From: Octopus bimaculoides
Taxonomy: Eukaryota
Assembly (NCBI RefSeq): GCF_001194135.2
Contig: NC_068990.1
Span: forward strand, 89,360,056 to 89,424,055
Length of the DNA stretch: 64,000 nt
Direction of reading: 5' to 3'
The translations under genes and the position numbers were made by a program. A model generated the notes under the pieces. That model did not search any database. It saw only the letters and a list, made by a program, of their open reading frames with translations, and was not told the DNA's origin. Within the stretch, counting starts at the first letter, position 1. Each line of letters begins with the position of its first letter. Shown here piece by piece: positions 39,661 to 54,000 of the stretch.

Positions 39661-40147
39661 CCCTTTCTCTGAAACTAGTAAAATAAAAAATTAAAAAAAA
39701 AAAAGTAACTTTATTCCTCAACTTAAATTGTAATTTAGCCAGGTTAGTGAAGCTATCACTTCTGTCAACTGCAGAGAAAACGAACAGGAGAAATTGATTT
39801 ACTATCATCACCATCATCATCATCATCATCATCACCAACAGCAATATTATACCATCCCAGTCATCACAACCAGTTATTAATGTCACCCATCAACCACTAC
39901 CATTGTCATTTACCATCACTATCACCATCACCAACACGATCAACATCTCCCACCAAAATCACTTTCGTCACCCCGTCACCCTCAATCACCACCACCACTA
40001 TCCTCCTCCCTCATCATTACATTCGCTGTCACCGGAAGAAAGAGGGTGGCGGGAAAGGGAAGAGCTCTCTAAATCGCAAATCCAAAGTTTATAGTGAATG
40101 TCGGCAGAGTTACGTCCCTTGTCAATCTGTTATCATCAATAACAGAA

Positions 40148-40771
40148 ATGGCAGATATAAATGCTCAACAGAAATTGATGAAATGTCGAGCTTATTTAGA
40201 AGGCAATCCAACCGACGTTAAGGTTAATATCAACATTAATATTTAAAAAACAAAATCCATTACGTTACAGTTCATTGTTTTTATAGATTTCCATTTAGAT
40301 TTAAAAAAACACATCGTAAGCAAAATTATAGATATTTCTTTATTATTTTTATAATTTATAGGAAAGGACCCATTCTTCTTTCATCGTGTTTATATATTTT
40401 TCCATTCGATCTTCTTATGATTTTTCTATCACGTTAGACTCTTCGTTGATTGTTGGGACTAATTAATATTGTTCAGGTGTGTATATCCAACCCGATTACA
40501 TGTTTAACTTGGATTCAACAAACACCGATGACTATTATACACACCAAAATGCAATATATTTGTGTCGTTATATATACATTTCTATTTCAATCGCCCCTCC
40601 CTCTCTTTATAAATAGAAGTGCGTTTATCTCTATATACCTACAGTATATCTATCTATCTATCTATCTATCTATATGATTGTAATGTTATCTACCTGTCTT
40701 TCACACACGCATACATATATACACACACACACACGCATACATACATACATACATATATATANNNNNNNNNN

Positions 40772-40815
<44 letters not shown>

Positions 40816-41344
40816 CAAATATCTATATGTAAATGTGTGTGTTTCTGCAGTTTAATTTCTTAGCAATTCTGAGTTCGTTGTAATACAATACTGGAGATGA
40901 TAATTGAAGTTCTCTTCTGAGACGAGACTTGTTTCTGTTACGATTCCTGGTTCAAACGTTTTACATCTCTTTACGTCACCAGAAAATTTCCCTTATATAA
41001 TAAACGAAACTACCCACTCTCTCTCCTCCCTCTCAGCGTCGTCCTGATCTGATTACAAGAAAAAAAACTTTTGCACTATAAACCTAACCGGATATGAGCT
41101 AACAATGGTTCGAATCCAGTTAGGGTTGGTTAAAAAGTTGGGTCTGTTTTGATTTTGATGTCGATCAATTATACCATACTCATATCAATTTTAAGGTCTT
41201 GTCTGCAAAGGCAAGGCTTCAGAAATTAAGATTCCACCCAAATGGTTTCGATTTTCTGCCATAGCTGTTCACTTTACTTTCGTATATTTTTTATGTTTTC
41301 AAAGTCTAAAATTTTCACATACGATTAATTTATTGGCTACGTAG

Positions 41345-41382
<38 letters not shown>

Positions 41383-44300
41383 ATATTATTCGAATTGTAA
41401 TTGCTACATCTTAGTCCATATGAAGCTGCTTATTATAATCAGCAATAAAAGTTAATGTTATCAAGATCAATAGATCGCAGACTATCCGGTGGATACTATT
41501 AATAAGTTTTGTCCCAAAGCGATCGCAATAAGCAGCTTCCACACACACTCTGGTGTGAGTGGGTGGGTGTATGTATGTATGTATGCATATATGTGTGTCA
41601 TTATTCAGTTTATTTCAAGGTTTCTTGCTAATAGAGAAAGAACCGGTTTCTAACCTAGATCCAAGGCTCCTTCATTGGAATTTCAACACCAACAACGGTA
41701 TTTTTGTATGTATATATGCAGACTTGTATGTTTTGTTTTATGTATGTACTCTCATGCATATAGTTGCATGTCTAGACATGTTCATATATACTTAAATGAT
41801 AAACTTCTGGAAAGTTTTACAGATTTTTACAGTTCCTGTGGTGGCTTGAATCTGTAATCTTCAAATCAGCTTTCTCCTTTCCAGTTTTGAGAAGCCTAAT
41901 TTCTCAAGATTGGTGTTTAGGCAGTGTGTTACATAACCCAGTGACCCAATAATTACAGGTATAAATCTGAACTTGTAATCTGGATAGAGTAACAGTAGAT
42001 TTTTCAATAATTCAGCATAGGTATTTTCTTTTTTACTGATCTTTAGCTCTATGTTAACATCCGCTGATTTCCACAACTGTACACAGTTTCTCTTTATCCC
42101 AAATCACCATCTCAGTTCTATTGTCTTTACATTTTACTGAGGTTTTCACTGGGATATTCCACCAGCACTCCTTTTTATTATGAGAGGCTATGGCTTCTAC
42201 CACACTGTGGGTTCTTATTTCTTTGGCCTTGGGGTTATCCTTCTGATGGATCTCATTATATAGTGTCCTAGCTACAACATCATGTCTCATCGGTAAATAA
42301 TACTGTGGTATGTATGTATGTATGCATGCATGTATGCATCAATCAATCAATCATCGTCATCGCTTTAATGTCTAGTTTTTCATGCTGCATGGGTCAGACA
42401 ATTTGTTGAGGCAATTTTCTATGGCCAGATGTCCTTCTGTTTGTCTTCCCTTGTTTCCAAGTAAGGTAATTTTCCCTCATTGTTGAACATGTTTTTACAG
42501 TAGATTGTAAGCAAAAGGCACTACTTTACAGTGTCAAGACAAGGAGACACCTCCTTGCAAAGGTAAAAGAGTAAAAGAGTATGTCTATTAAAGGTAAAAG
42601 AGTATGTCTATTACAATTGATATACACGGGTGCTGAAATCGGAAGGAGAATAAGAGCAGGATGGAAGGCATTTACAAAAAACTGCCCAAGACTCTATGTG
42701 CCAGACTCTTCAACAGCACTGTCCTACCTCTGTGAGCTACTCTGAAGAGGAGAAAAACATTGATTGGCTACAATACAAAGGGCAATAGAAATATCATTGC
42801 AAGAACACATCTGGAATAAGATAATTTGAGACTGGTGTAGAGTGAAATACTGACAGCACAAGTTCTGGTGGGGCTGGATATGCTGCAAGATTCACAGACA
42901 ACAGGTGGACCCATGCAATTGCTAAGTGGTATCCAAGAGAAGGCCTCCATGATGATAGGAAGGTGATTTAGTCAAACTATTTGGCCAAGGAAAAAAATGG
43001 TGCAGTGAAGAAAGAATTGGAAACATATCATCATCAAAGACATGTAATAACATCTGATAGTCTGGTGAGACAGTGATCAGTGCAACATGGTCTGTGACTA
43101 CAGAGGAATTGCAAAGGCTTGGAAGAAATGAAGCTAGCATGCTCCACTGGATGGGTAATATCAATGTGCACACACGACTGAATGTAAATGATTTAAGAGG
43201 AAAACTGCGTATAAGGGGCATCAGATGTAGTGTTCAAGAAAGGAGACTGCTAGTTTGATCATATTGATGGGGATAGCTGCTTAAAAAAGGGGTGAGAAAG
43301 GATCTTCAGATGTTAGGCCTCACTGGACCTCATGTGCAATTTCAGTGTGTATGTTTGACAGTATGTAAGCATCTTAACAGAAAAAGTTAGGCATAAGAGG
43401 TATCAGATGTGGTGTGCAAGAGAGATGACTGTCCTGGTATGGTCATGTAATGTGTATGGATGAGGACAGCCATGTAAAGAAGTGCTGATCTCTAACTGTG
43501 GAGGACACCTGTGGTAGAGGTAGACCCAGGAAGACATGTGATGAAGTGGTGAAGCATGATCTTTGAACTTTGAGCCTCACAGAAGCAATGACTGGTGACC
43601 AAGACCTTCAGCTATATGCTGTGCTTAAGAAGATCCCTCAAGCCAAGTGAAATTGTAGTCATAGCAGATGCTGGTGTCATGTAACTGGCACTCGTGCCAT
43701 TGGCATGTAAAGAGCACCTTTTGAGAGTTGGGCCTCATGGAGGCAAAGTGGCTGAGTTCTTTTCAAGCATTGGGCCTCATAGAGGCAATGACTAAGAGTT
43801 TTGGCATTATGTTATGTTTGAGGAGAAGAGCCATCAAACCAAGCAAAATCGTAGTTGTAGCAGATACTGGTATCACACAAATGGCACTTGTGCCAGTGGC
43901 ATGTAAAAACACCCATTATACTCTCGGAGTGGTTGGCATTAGGAGGGGCATCCAGCTGTTGAAAACTATGCCAAATCAGACTGGAGTCTGATGCAGCCTT
44001 CCAGCTTACCAGCCCTGGTCAAACAGTCCAACCCATGCCAGCATGGACAACGGACACTAAATAATGATGATGATGATGATATATATATATATATATATAT
44101 ACATGCAATAATTATACATATAGGCGTAGGAGTGGCTGTGTGGTAAGTAGCTTGCTTACCAACCACATGGTCCCGGGTTCAGTCCCACTGCGTGGCATCT
44201 TGGGCAAGTGCCTTCTACTATAGCCTCGGGCCGACCAATGCCTTGTGAGTGGATTTGGTAGACGGAAACTGAAAGAAGCCCGTCGTATATGTGTATATAT

Positions 44301-47300
44301 ATGTGTATGTGTGTGTGTGTTTGTATGTCTGTGTTTGTCCCCCCAACATCGCCTGACAACCGATGCTGGTGTGTTTATGTCCCCGTAACTTAGTGGTTCG
44401 GCTATAGAGACCGATAGAATAAGTACTAGGCTTCCAAAGAATAAGTCCTGGGGTCGATTTCTTCGACTAAAGGCGGTGCTCCAGCATGGCCGCAGTCAAA
44501 TGACTGAAACAAGTAAAAGAGTAAAAGAGTATAGGATATATGTATAGGTATTGCTTCAAGATGTGTCATCCAACCCATGTCAACAGAGAAAACCAGATGT
44601 AAAATGATGAGGATGTTATATACATGTATGTATATGTATCTTATAAAGATGATTATGCATCAGTGTGTATATACGTAACTGAAATAACTTCTCTTTCTAT
44701 TCACCTCCCTAAACTTACACCATTTCTAAAGGCAAGCACTTTGTTGAAGTAATGGACTGATTATTTTACTTGTTCATCAACCAATGTGTCTATTTTTCTT
44801 TTCTCTATCAAATTGATGTTTATCATAAGTTTATCTTTAAAAAGTGTGTATTTTTAGAGCATGAATTAAACAATTTTTTTGATTTCTTGATTTCTCATTG
44901 CAGTTGCTTTACATTTTTAACAAATTATTACGGTTCCCAGTTACTATTGATATTTTACAGGTAAGAACATTGATAATTATGTTTATTCATTGTGTTATTA
45001 TTCTAAGGTGGTAAGCTGGCAGAATCATTAGCGTGACTGGCAAAATACTTAGTGGTTTAAACCTTAATACAAAAAGTCATTGCTTTATTTTTCTTGCTCA
45101 TAGCACATATTCTGCTTGATTTTATGCTCCAGCCTTATTTCACAGTTGAATGGTTAAAAATAGGAAGGGTATTGCAAAGTTGAAAAAACAATTGTGCCAA
45201 TAAGAAAACCGTCTCATTTTCTTTGATGGCGTAGGTTGAATAGGTTGTTGCAGTCCAAGTCAGTCCTTGGTGAGCTCCCTAGCTGGGTCTAAGGTTCTTC
45301 ATTCAAATCTAATCCAGAACCTAGTGCATATCCTGGAAAGTTCTGAACATCTGATGACAATCAGGCAGCAAACTATAGCACAGATATATAACAATAATAA
45401 ATAGTAAATACACACTTTAAAGATGAGATTGATTGTCTTGTTAATTGTAATGTTAGTAATAACAAACACCTGAGACATTGAGTTAGATGAAATGTCTATC
45501 GATCCACTTCATTTAACAAAACAGAACACAAGTCCTATATCTACTGTGATTAGTAGTAGCGAAAGGGCATCTATTTTTATTGGCTCCAGTAAAAATGAAA
45601 TAATTTCACTCATTTTTGGAGGGTAGGCACCCATAACTACTGCAGGTTGGTGAAGTTGATGATGTTGCTGTCCAGTTTCAACATCTGCATTTCGATGCCT
45701 ATAATTGTGTATTCAGCACTGTTGATAATTAATTGGAAAAAAAGTTTATCAGAATGGTAAACTGAAGAACCATATATTTTTTGTCTTTTTGTTTGTTTTT
45801 AACAACTTGACATGGTTACCCCTTTTGATATTAACTTACATGAAACAACCTTTAGTTGTACGATACAAATTGCCTGTTTTAAATTGATCTAAATTGAAAC
45901 TTTCCATTAAAATTTTGTGTCAAACTATATTCCAGACACAATTCTAATAATGAAAAAGTTATTGTAATAAAGCCTTCATTATTTTCAAAATAAAAATTGA
46001 AACAAAGGTCAATAAATACCATGCCAGTCCAAACGGGTGATTTTGGGAATTATTAGAGCATTGGATGAGATGACTTGTGGTATTTTTTCTGTTCATTGTG
46101 TTTTGAGGTCAAATTCTACCTAAGGTGCTGATGTGTAGAGCTAATTACTCAACTACAAAAGTGCTCTGGTCAACCTGCAGTTGGCCAATGTTGGTTTAGA
46201 GACAGGTTGGCTTATAGTTAGAACCTCCATTGGACAAAGTCGACCATTTATCCATAGATGTATGTATAGGCTTAGGCAAGATTTTTTGAGGAAGACTGCC
46301 AGTTGCCCATGTTAGCATGTCTCCCCTCTCCATGACACCGGTGTTTAGCTAAGGGAACGGCTGCTGACTTAGGCTGATACAGTTTGGCACTGGTCTCGTC
46401 ACAGATGTTGCTGTCAGAATGTAAAGAGCCAGAGCAGATACCAATCTTCTAACCTTTGATTTGTACTTTTTGTCCTGAAACTATGCAGGACAAAGGTGAC
46501 CTTAGGCAAAATTTGAATTTAAAGTACAAAGAGTCAGAACAAGTGATGCAAGCCATACTGTCCGATGCTCCAATGACTTCACTGCCTTGCTGGGCTTATA
46601 ACCACCATAGATAAGTTGGTAATGGTATGCTGAAGCCATCAGTCAGCAGTAGAACAACACTAATTGAATGGAACTAATGTAGGTAATGTTTTTTCTTATG
46701 TTATTGTTTTTTTGTCATTTTGCCAGATGACTGGAATTGGAAAAGCTGTCAACTCATTTAGAAAGCGTGAAGGTGAGATTGGGGAGAAAGCACGAGCAGT
46801 GGTAACTTTGTGGAAATCTCTAGTGTCAAAACAAGAAAACAATCTCACAGACAAACGGTCAGTAAGTAGTAGTTCATCTCCATATAATTCCACATCCACG
46901 GAACAATCTGGCAAGACTTCATCTGATGATGAGAAAACCACTCCTTGCCGAACAAAACGTCAGTCTTCTCCTCAATCTTCTCCTCAATCTTCTCCTCAAC
47001 CAAGATCTTCCACAAAAGAATGTGATAAAACTTCTGAAAATATCAAAGAGAGGAAAAAGCACCAGAGCAGCAAAAGCAATTCAGAGACTTCCCAATCACC
47101 AGAAAAGAAAAACAAAACTGCCAGTGATTCAAGCAAAGAACATCATCACAGTTCAAAGAGTAAAAGTGAGTCTGAGAGCAAAACAAAAGTAAAGAAATCA
47201 CAGAATCTCAAAGGGAAGAAAAAATCTGCAGAAGATGGCTTGAGTTTTGAGGACTTTATGAACTATGATGATTCATCAATGAAGAAAAAGTTTAAGAAAA

Positions 47301-50300
47301 GGAAACATGACAAAGATGATAGTAGTAAGTCTTCAAAAGAAAGGAAAGAATTGAACTCTTCTAAAGTTAGTAGTAAAAGTCATTCTTCAAAATCTTCATC
47401 TTCTTCCTGTTTACAATTAAGTAAAAAATCCAAAGAGCCTAAAAGTAGCACATCTCAGGTTTTACATGTGCCTTCAGCTTCCAAAGAGGTAAGTCTTAAA
47501 ATCATTTTGTTATAATTAAAAGCAGCGGATGATGAATTGAACTGATAAACACAGTTCTATATTTTAAGAGATGAGCAATTATGTACATTATTTACATTTG
47601 ACGGATATTTGTCCCCATCTTGTTTGTTGTGAACACAATGTTTTGGCTGATATACCCTCCAGCCTTCATACCAGGTGTCTTGGGAAAATTTTGAACCTGG
47701 GTTCTCATTCTAAAAAAAAAAAAGGACCATGGGTATATCTATCCCTCTATCATACTCTAACCTCTCACCTGGCATACAACCACTTGCCTTGGTCCCGCTC
47801 TCAACTAAGCGAACCTTGTCTTGCAAGTTTCTCGGTGACCCCTGTAGTGCCATGTAAAACAGCACCTGTGCCAGAAACAGTTAAAAAGCACTTGTACCAG
47901 TGCTACACTACCCATAGCCCCCAGTACTCTCTGCACAGTGTTTGGCATTAGGAGTGACATCTAGCCATAGAAACCATGCCAAAACAGACAATTGGGATCT
48001 GGACAGCACTCCAGCTGGCCAGCTCCTGTCAAACTGTCCAACCCATGCCAGCATGGAAAATGGACGTTAAATGATAGTGATGAAGGATCATCAGTCTTTT
48101 TTCAGAATAAAAGGGCAAGAGAAAAAGATGTAGAGAGTTTAGTAATGAAGTGTAGAGTGTATCGATTTTTCCCTCAGCGTCTTTTCCTTCTCTTTCTTTT
48201 GTTCTTCTAGCTAGAAGGATGTATCATAACAGAGAGAGAGAGAGAGAAATGGTGTGTGTGTGTCCGTGTTTGTGTGTATAAGGAAGAGAGAGGAAAAGAG
48301 AGTGAGAGAAATGGGAATAAAAAGGGAGTAAGGGATATGGGAGAAAGAGAGTGATCTGAAGTATTTATGTATTGCTATTTTAGGGAAAATGCAAAATATA
48401 TAAATGTTCTTTGAATTAACTAATCTCCTGGTTCTGTTCCTTTATCTTTGATTCTTCCAGCTTCTTCCTTCTGAATCTGAAATATTGAGTTCTTTACCAG
48501 AAACTCAGGCCCATTACCATCCATGGAGACTCAGTGATGCTAACAAAGTAGAACGGAAAGCAGTGACAAACAGTAAGTAACTTATCAATGAATTGATACG
48601 GTTTTCGGTGTAAATTCCTTTCTTATCAAGTCTTTTGTGTGATGATGAAAAGCTTGGTGGAAACAGGGCCACACTGTGAATGTTCCTGACCCTTCCAGTG
48701 TAAATGAAGCCTAGCACAGGCCTGGCTGCCCTGTTAAGAAATTTGCTTTGCAACAACGTTGTTTAAGGTTTGATCTCATAGAGCACTTTGAGCTAATGTT
48801 TACTACTGCAACCAATGTCACATGAGTGGATTCTTATTGATGGAAACCTGATGTGTATATACATACTACATATGCACATACCTAAACATGCACACACATG
48901 TGCATTCTGTTTGTGCTTGTTGATAAATTCACCAACTGAAAGAACTCAGTACATTGGGGTGTTATGAATATTTTATAAGCAGTGTCTTAAATGGTATCTG
49001 ACAACAACTTGAGTTTCACATCTGAGGGCAGATATCTGGCTTGGTTTGGGTCAATCCAAAGTCTCTCCACCTTTTCCAATTCTCAGACTGCCTTGTTTCA
49101 TTACACAAAATAGCTGGTGGTAATGTGAATGACTGATAAGCAAGGCAGGTGGAAAGTGCTGAACAACTTTTGGTAAACAAAGTGAAGAAAAATATTGCTG
49201 AAGCCTTCTTGGCTTGATACAAAGAGGCATTTAATTCTATTCATCACTCATAGTTGCTGGAGATACCATACTTAATGAAAGCACCTTAATTGCTGCTATT
49301 GAAAGTCTCTCAAAGACCAGTTTAACATTCCTTGAATTTGTGACTGGATGTAGAAAGGTTGTCTTCAGTACTTTAAATCTTTCAAAAGCAATATGTCACA
49401 GTAACAATTGATTTTTCTTTCTGTTATGTCTAAACGCTACTGCTATCTAGCACCTTCGGATGATCTCTACTCAACCGCTACTCAACACACTACCACGGCT
49501 AGGCCACCTCTATTTATATGTCTTGGGAGATCCTACTTCTTTACCTGGGGGTGTCGACACAACACTTTCAGTAATTTTTAATAGTCTGGGCAACTGTTCT
49601 TTGCAAATAGTAGTCCTTTAATGTTGGTCCAAGTCACCAAGTGCCCTTGAGTCACCTGTAGTATTGTCAAACATTCATAAAATGTTAAAATCCAAATTTA
49701 GTGACTCACAGCATCTGTTGGCCCTGGGAGAGAAACAATTCTTGAACCATTCTTTAAATACAGATTTTGCAACCAGAGCTGGGAACCATTGTTATGTCAG
49801 TTGTAAACATGTCAATCTTCAATTTTTATCCTCTGCTAGATTTCAATATTCACATACATACATTTATATACACACACAAACACATATATATATTTGAGGT
49901 TTCTGTTAATTACTGGGATGTCCCTCTCGTTTTTTTCTCTTTAGGTGGTGATGATCTCGATTCTGTGCTTATTGGAATTAAATCAAGAACACGAGAATGT
50001 GTGTATTCTGGGAAGAAAGCAGCTTTAAAAGGTAACTGGTTTCATTTTATACACTCTACCCTCATTTCACTTATATATATCCCGGTCTTACTTCATACAT
50101 ACTCTGGACTCATTTTACACATTACCCACTTTACCATTGTATTTCTTTGTGCACTGTTATGAAGTAAATGATTCAACTATGACCGAATATATTTTTATAA
50201 CAAATATATATTATTATGTAGCTTTCAAGTTTTATTCAGCTGTAAGTCCATACATTCTTCATCCAGTTCAGGCAGCTCTTTGGGGGCCTCTGGGACTGAT

Positions 50301-51050
50301 GGGAATGAGGAAGAATTTTATCCACAGACCTGATCCAAATGTTTGTAGCCTCTGTTAAAAGAATCCAATGTTTCTATATTTGCATTTTCTTTTTTTGTAA
50401 AAGTTAAAAAAATAAGGATGTTGTCAATCAGTTTATTCAGGGCACCAACAGCCTGGGTAGTTGTAAAAAAACAATAGAATAAGGCCTTAGCTAACCAAGA
50501 GTGTGAGGATAGAAGGCCTTGCTACTGTTCTTTTCTGTGAGGATAAGATATAAATAAAGGGTTCTAAATTGCAAAGCAGTGTGTTTGTGTGAACCAGGGT
50601 GTCATTGGGGTGGGGGTATGAGAATGTGGCTGAAATGATACTGGTACATTTGACCTGAGTGACAATGAAAAGAAACAAACATAAAAGCTTTCCTTTAGGG
50701 GTCATTGTTGACTGAAGAATAATTTAACTATTTATTAACACGTGCACAGAGAGGGAGACAAAAGATTGATGTAAAGTTTTGGCTAGGGGTCTGCTTCTCA
50801 GAGAGTGTGCATGTGTGTGTGTGTGTGTGTGTGTGCGTGTGTGTGTGTGTGTGTGAGAGAGAAGGAGATGTAATGTTCTATTATTTAACACACTTACACT
50901 ATATATTTTTTCTATTCTAGAAGTACCAACGTTATTTTCTGCCTGTATTCAAGTCCTGATTGAAAATATCGATGGTAAGAGAGATCTTTCGTTTTATTAG
51001 AAATTGAAAATATTTTATACTTTACTTCCTTTGATCACTTCCATTTATTT

Positions 51051-51085
<35 letters not shown>

Positions 51086-54000
51086 AATACTGAGTTAAAC
51101 CCCCACTTTTGAATGGAAAAAGTCAAAGATGTTTGCAGATGTGGGTTTGAGTCCCTTCTCAGCAGCCTTCAACTTTTCCATCCAAGGAGTCTCATCATCA
51201 TCATCGTTTAACGTCCGCTTTCCATGCTGGCATGGGTTGGACGGTTTGACTGAGTGCTGGCGAGCCAGAAGGTTCCAATCTGATCTGGCAGAGTTTCTAC
51301 AGCTGGATGCCCTTCCTAACGCCAACCACTCTGAGAGTGTAGTGGGTGCTTTGGAGAGATATTACTTACCTTGGAAACAGATGAGGGCTGGTGACAGAAA
51401 GAGCATCCAGCCATAGTTTATCTGCTTTAACAAATTCCGTCTGACACTTGCAAGTATGGAAAAATGGGTGTTAAAACAGATGTGATAATGATGAGAGAGA
51501 AAGAGATATTCACACACACACTCTTGTATTTATGAGTGTGTCTCTATCCACGTCTGTTTATATTTACTGGTGTAAACTAGTGTATCAAGTTACCTCCCTT
51601 TATGTCTTAAATATACACAATTTAACATTCTGATAGGCAGACGTAAGTAAAGACGTTGATATAATTGACCAAATTCCTTGAATTCAGTGCCCCAGCATGG
51701 CCATTATCCAATAATTGATAACTGGAAAAGTGTAAACCAATTTGAGATTTTTTAAAGTTTTGATTTTATTTTTGATTTCTTACTTAATTTTTTATAATTG
51801 CAGGTCTTGAATATGTTGGTGGTATACCATTTCAAATCCTTCAGCCAGTTCTGGAGCGCTGTACTGTATCTCAGCTTTATACTTTAGAAGACTACAACCC
51901 GGTAAACACAGCTTGTTCTCTGCCCTCCTTAGTAATTCCTTAGGAATTTCATCAACATCCATCATTATTCTAATGTTATTGTTTAGCCCCAAGTCAACCA
52001 TGGTCTAGTGTAGCTCTGATCTAAGTCATTCCAGCTGTGACCATCTAGTTTTTTTTTTATTCAGATGTAGCATACCTAGGACTACATTATGTTTATTTCC
52101 ATTTGCTATGGTGATAGGATGGGTTGAAAGAGACTTAGCTGCTATTTCCAGACTGAAAGACACTTAGCTGCTATTACTGCAATACTTGCTTCAGGGTTGA
52201 GATATTTGCCTCTTTTAACTGAACATTAAATAGAAATGACGTTTACATAAAATATGAGTACGTTTATTCTTACATGTTTCAGTTACTGGACTCTGGCCAT
52301 GCTGGGGCACTTCTTTGACGGGTTTAGTTGAATAAATCATCTCCTCCACTCATGTTTTCAGCCTGGAAATTATTCTGATTAAATGCTTTCATAAAACTGC
52401 TGCTTCCACTAGTGTCGTTGTCTTCATCATCATCATCATCATTTCTTTTTATCCATTAAGATATGTGTCTAATGATTCCATGTCTCTACTTTCAGCATTT
52501 CCTTGAAGACTCGGACAAACTATGGAAAATTCATTGTCAACGGAAGTTTCGTGGTTATGAACCAGATGAGATGGAATCCTGGAGAGAAATGTATTTAGTA
52601 AGAATGATTTGTTATTAGGTAGTATTAGCTCTCAGAGATTTGTCTTAGAATGGTAATGGAATTCAGTAGCATTCATGCCCACTTCTCTCTCTCTCTCTCT
52701 CTCTCTTTCTGTTTCTTTCTCTGTCTGTCTGTCTCTTTCTTTCGAGGGCATTATCAATGTTTTCAATGAAAAAAAAACGTTGATTTTTATCTAGGGAGCC
52801 TTTCCCTATTTTAGGGACTTTTTTGATTTATAGGAAAGTGAAGCAATTAGAATGTAAGAGCATGAGAGAAAGAGAAAGAGAGAAATATTCATATGACATT
52901 ACATGCATGAATTGATACACACACACATACAAACACAAAGACACAGACATACACACAGACACACACACAGACACATACCCACACATGCATGCACACAACA
53001 CACACACACACAAACACACAGAGACACACACACAGACACACACTAACACAGACACACACGCAATCACACAGACACACAGAGACACACATACAAAGACACC
53101 CCCCCCCATCTCCAAACAAAACACATAAATATATCAAAGATACATTTCTGCTTATACAAAAAACAGGCTGACTCTTTATTTCATGGTTGGTTTAGCTGTA
53201 GGAAGCTAAGACATTTTATTGTAATTTTGTTTTTATATTAACAGAGAAAGTTTGATGAGCGTGAAGCGAAATTAAAAGTGGTTAAGGCTAGTATTTCAGC
53301 CTCAATGTCCAAGGTTACTCCAGGTAGGTAACTTGGAATTCTTTTCACTTTTCTTTGTTTTTATAAGTTGATGAGAAGAGAAAGTGCAGTGTCCATCTCT
53401 TCTTCATGCCCTCTTTCTCAAATTCAATGTCACTTCTTGCTTTGTTCTGTGGTATTCTATCCCTTCATTTGTCCATTCTAAAACACCCACCGTAGAGATT
53501 CTGTACTAAAACTTCTGACCAGTTTCCCTTCCCGTAACTACTTCTAGAACCTCACTTCCTCTCTATGTTTTTCCCTGCAGCCTTTCAAACTGAAAATTTG
53601 GCAGTGGCTGTGAGGCTAAAATGATGAACTTCTGACCTGATGGTTGTAAGTTCAAACTATAGCTCTTCTGCAACCATTGTGTTGTTCACTTTGATATATG
53701 ACACACAACTCTGCATATTTCATAGTTCGATGGTCAACAATCAAAAGGTCTCCCAGCTGGAAAAAAGAAATTGTCTCCAATCTGAGTTTATAAGGTGTAA
53801 AATGGCTGTAAAGCATCAAGAAATACTACAACATTTAAAAAAAAATTTTGTTTTATTTGAAATGTAAGAAAATCAAAAATTAAAATGAAAGCTTCATGTT
53901 TTGTATCTGATTGTCTAACAGCAATATCGGTGTATTTGAACATCTTGGTAACTTTGTTATTAATTAATAATACAGCAACTGCAATACAGAATTTCAGATG

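Noticed and set aside
46664-46726. ORF-track start MNGTNVGNV.. for the 283-aa ORF
   Set aside because: It is intronic polypyrimidine sequence; the exon begins at the acceptor at 46727 and joins two upstream exons.
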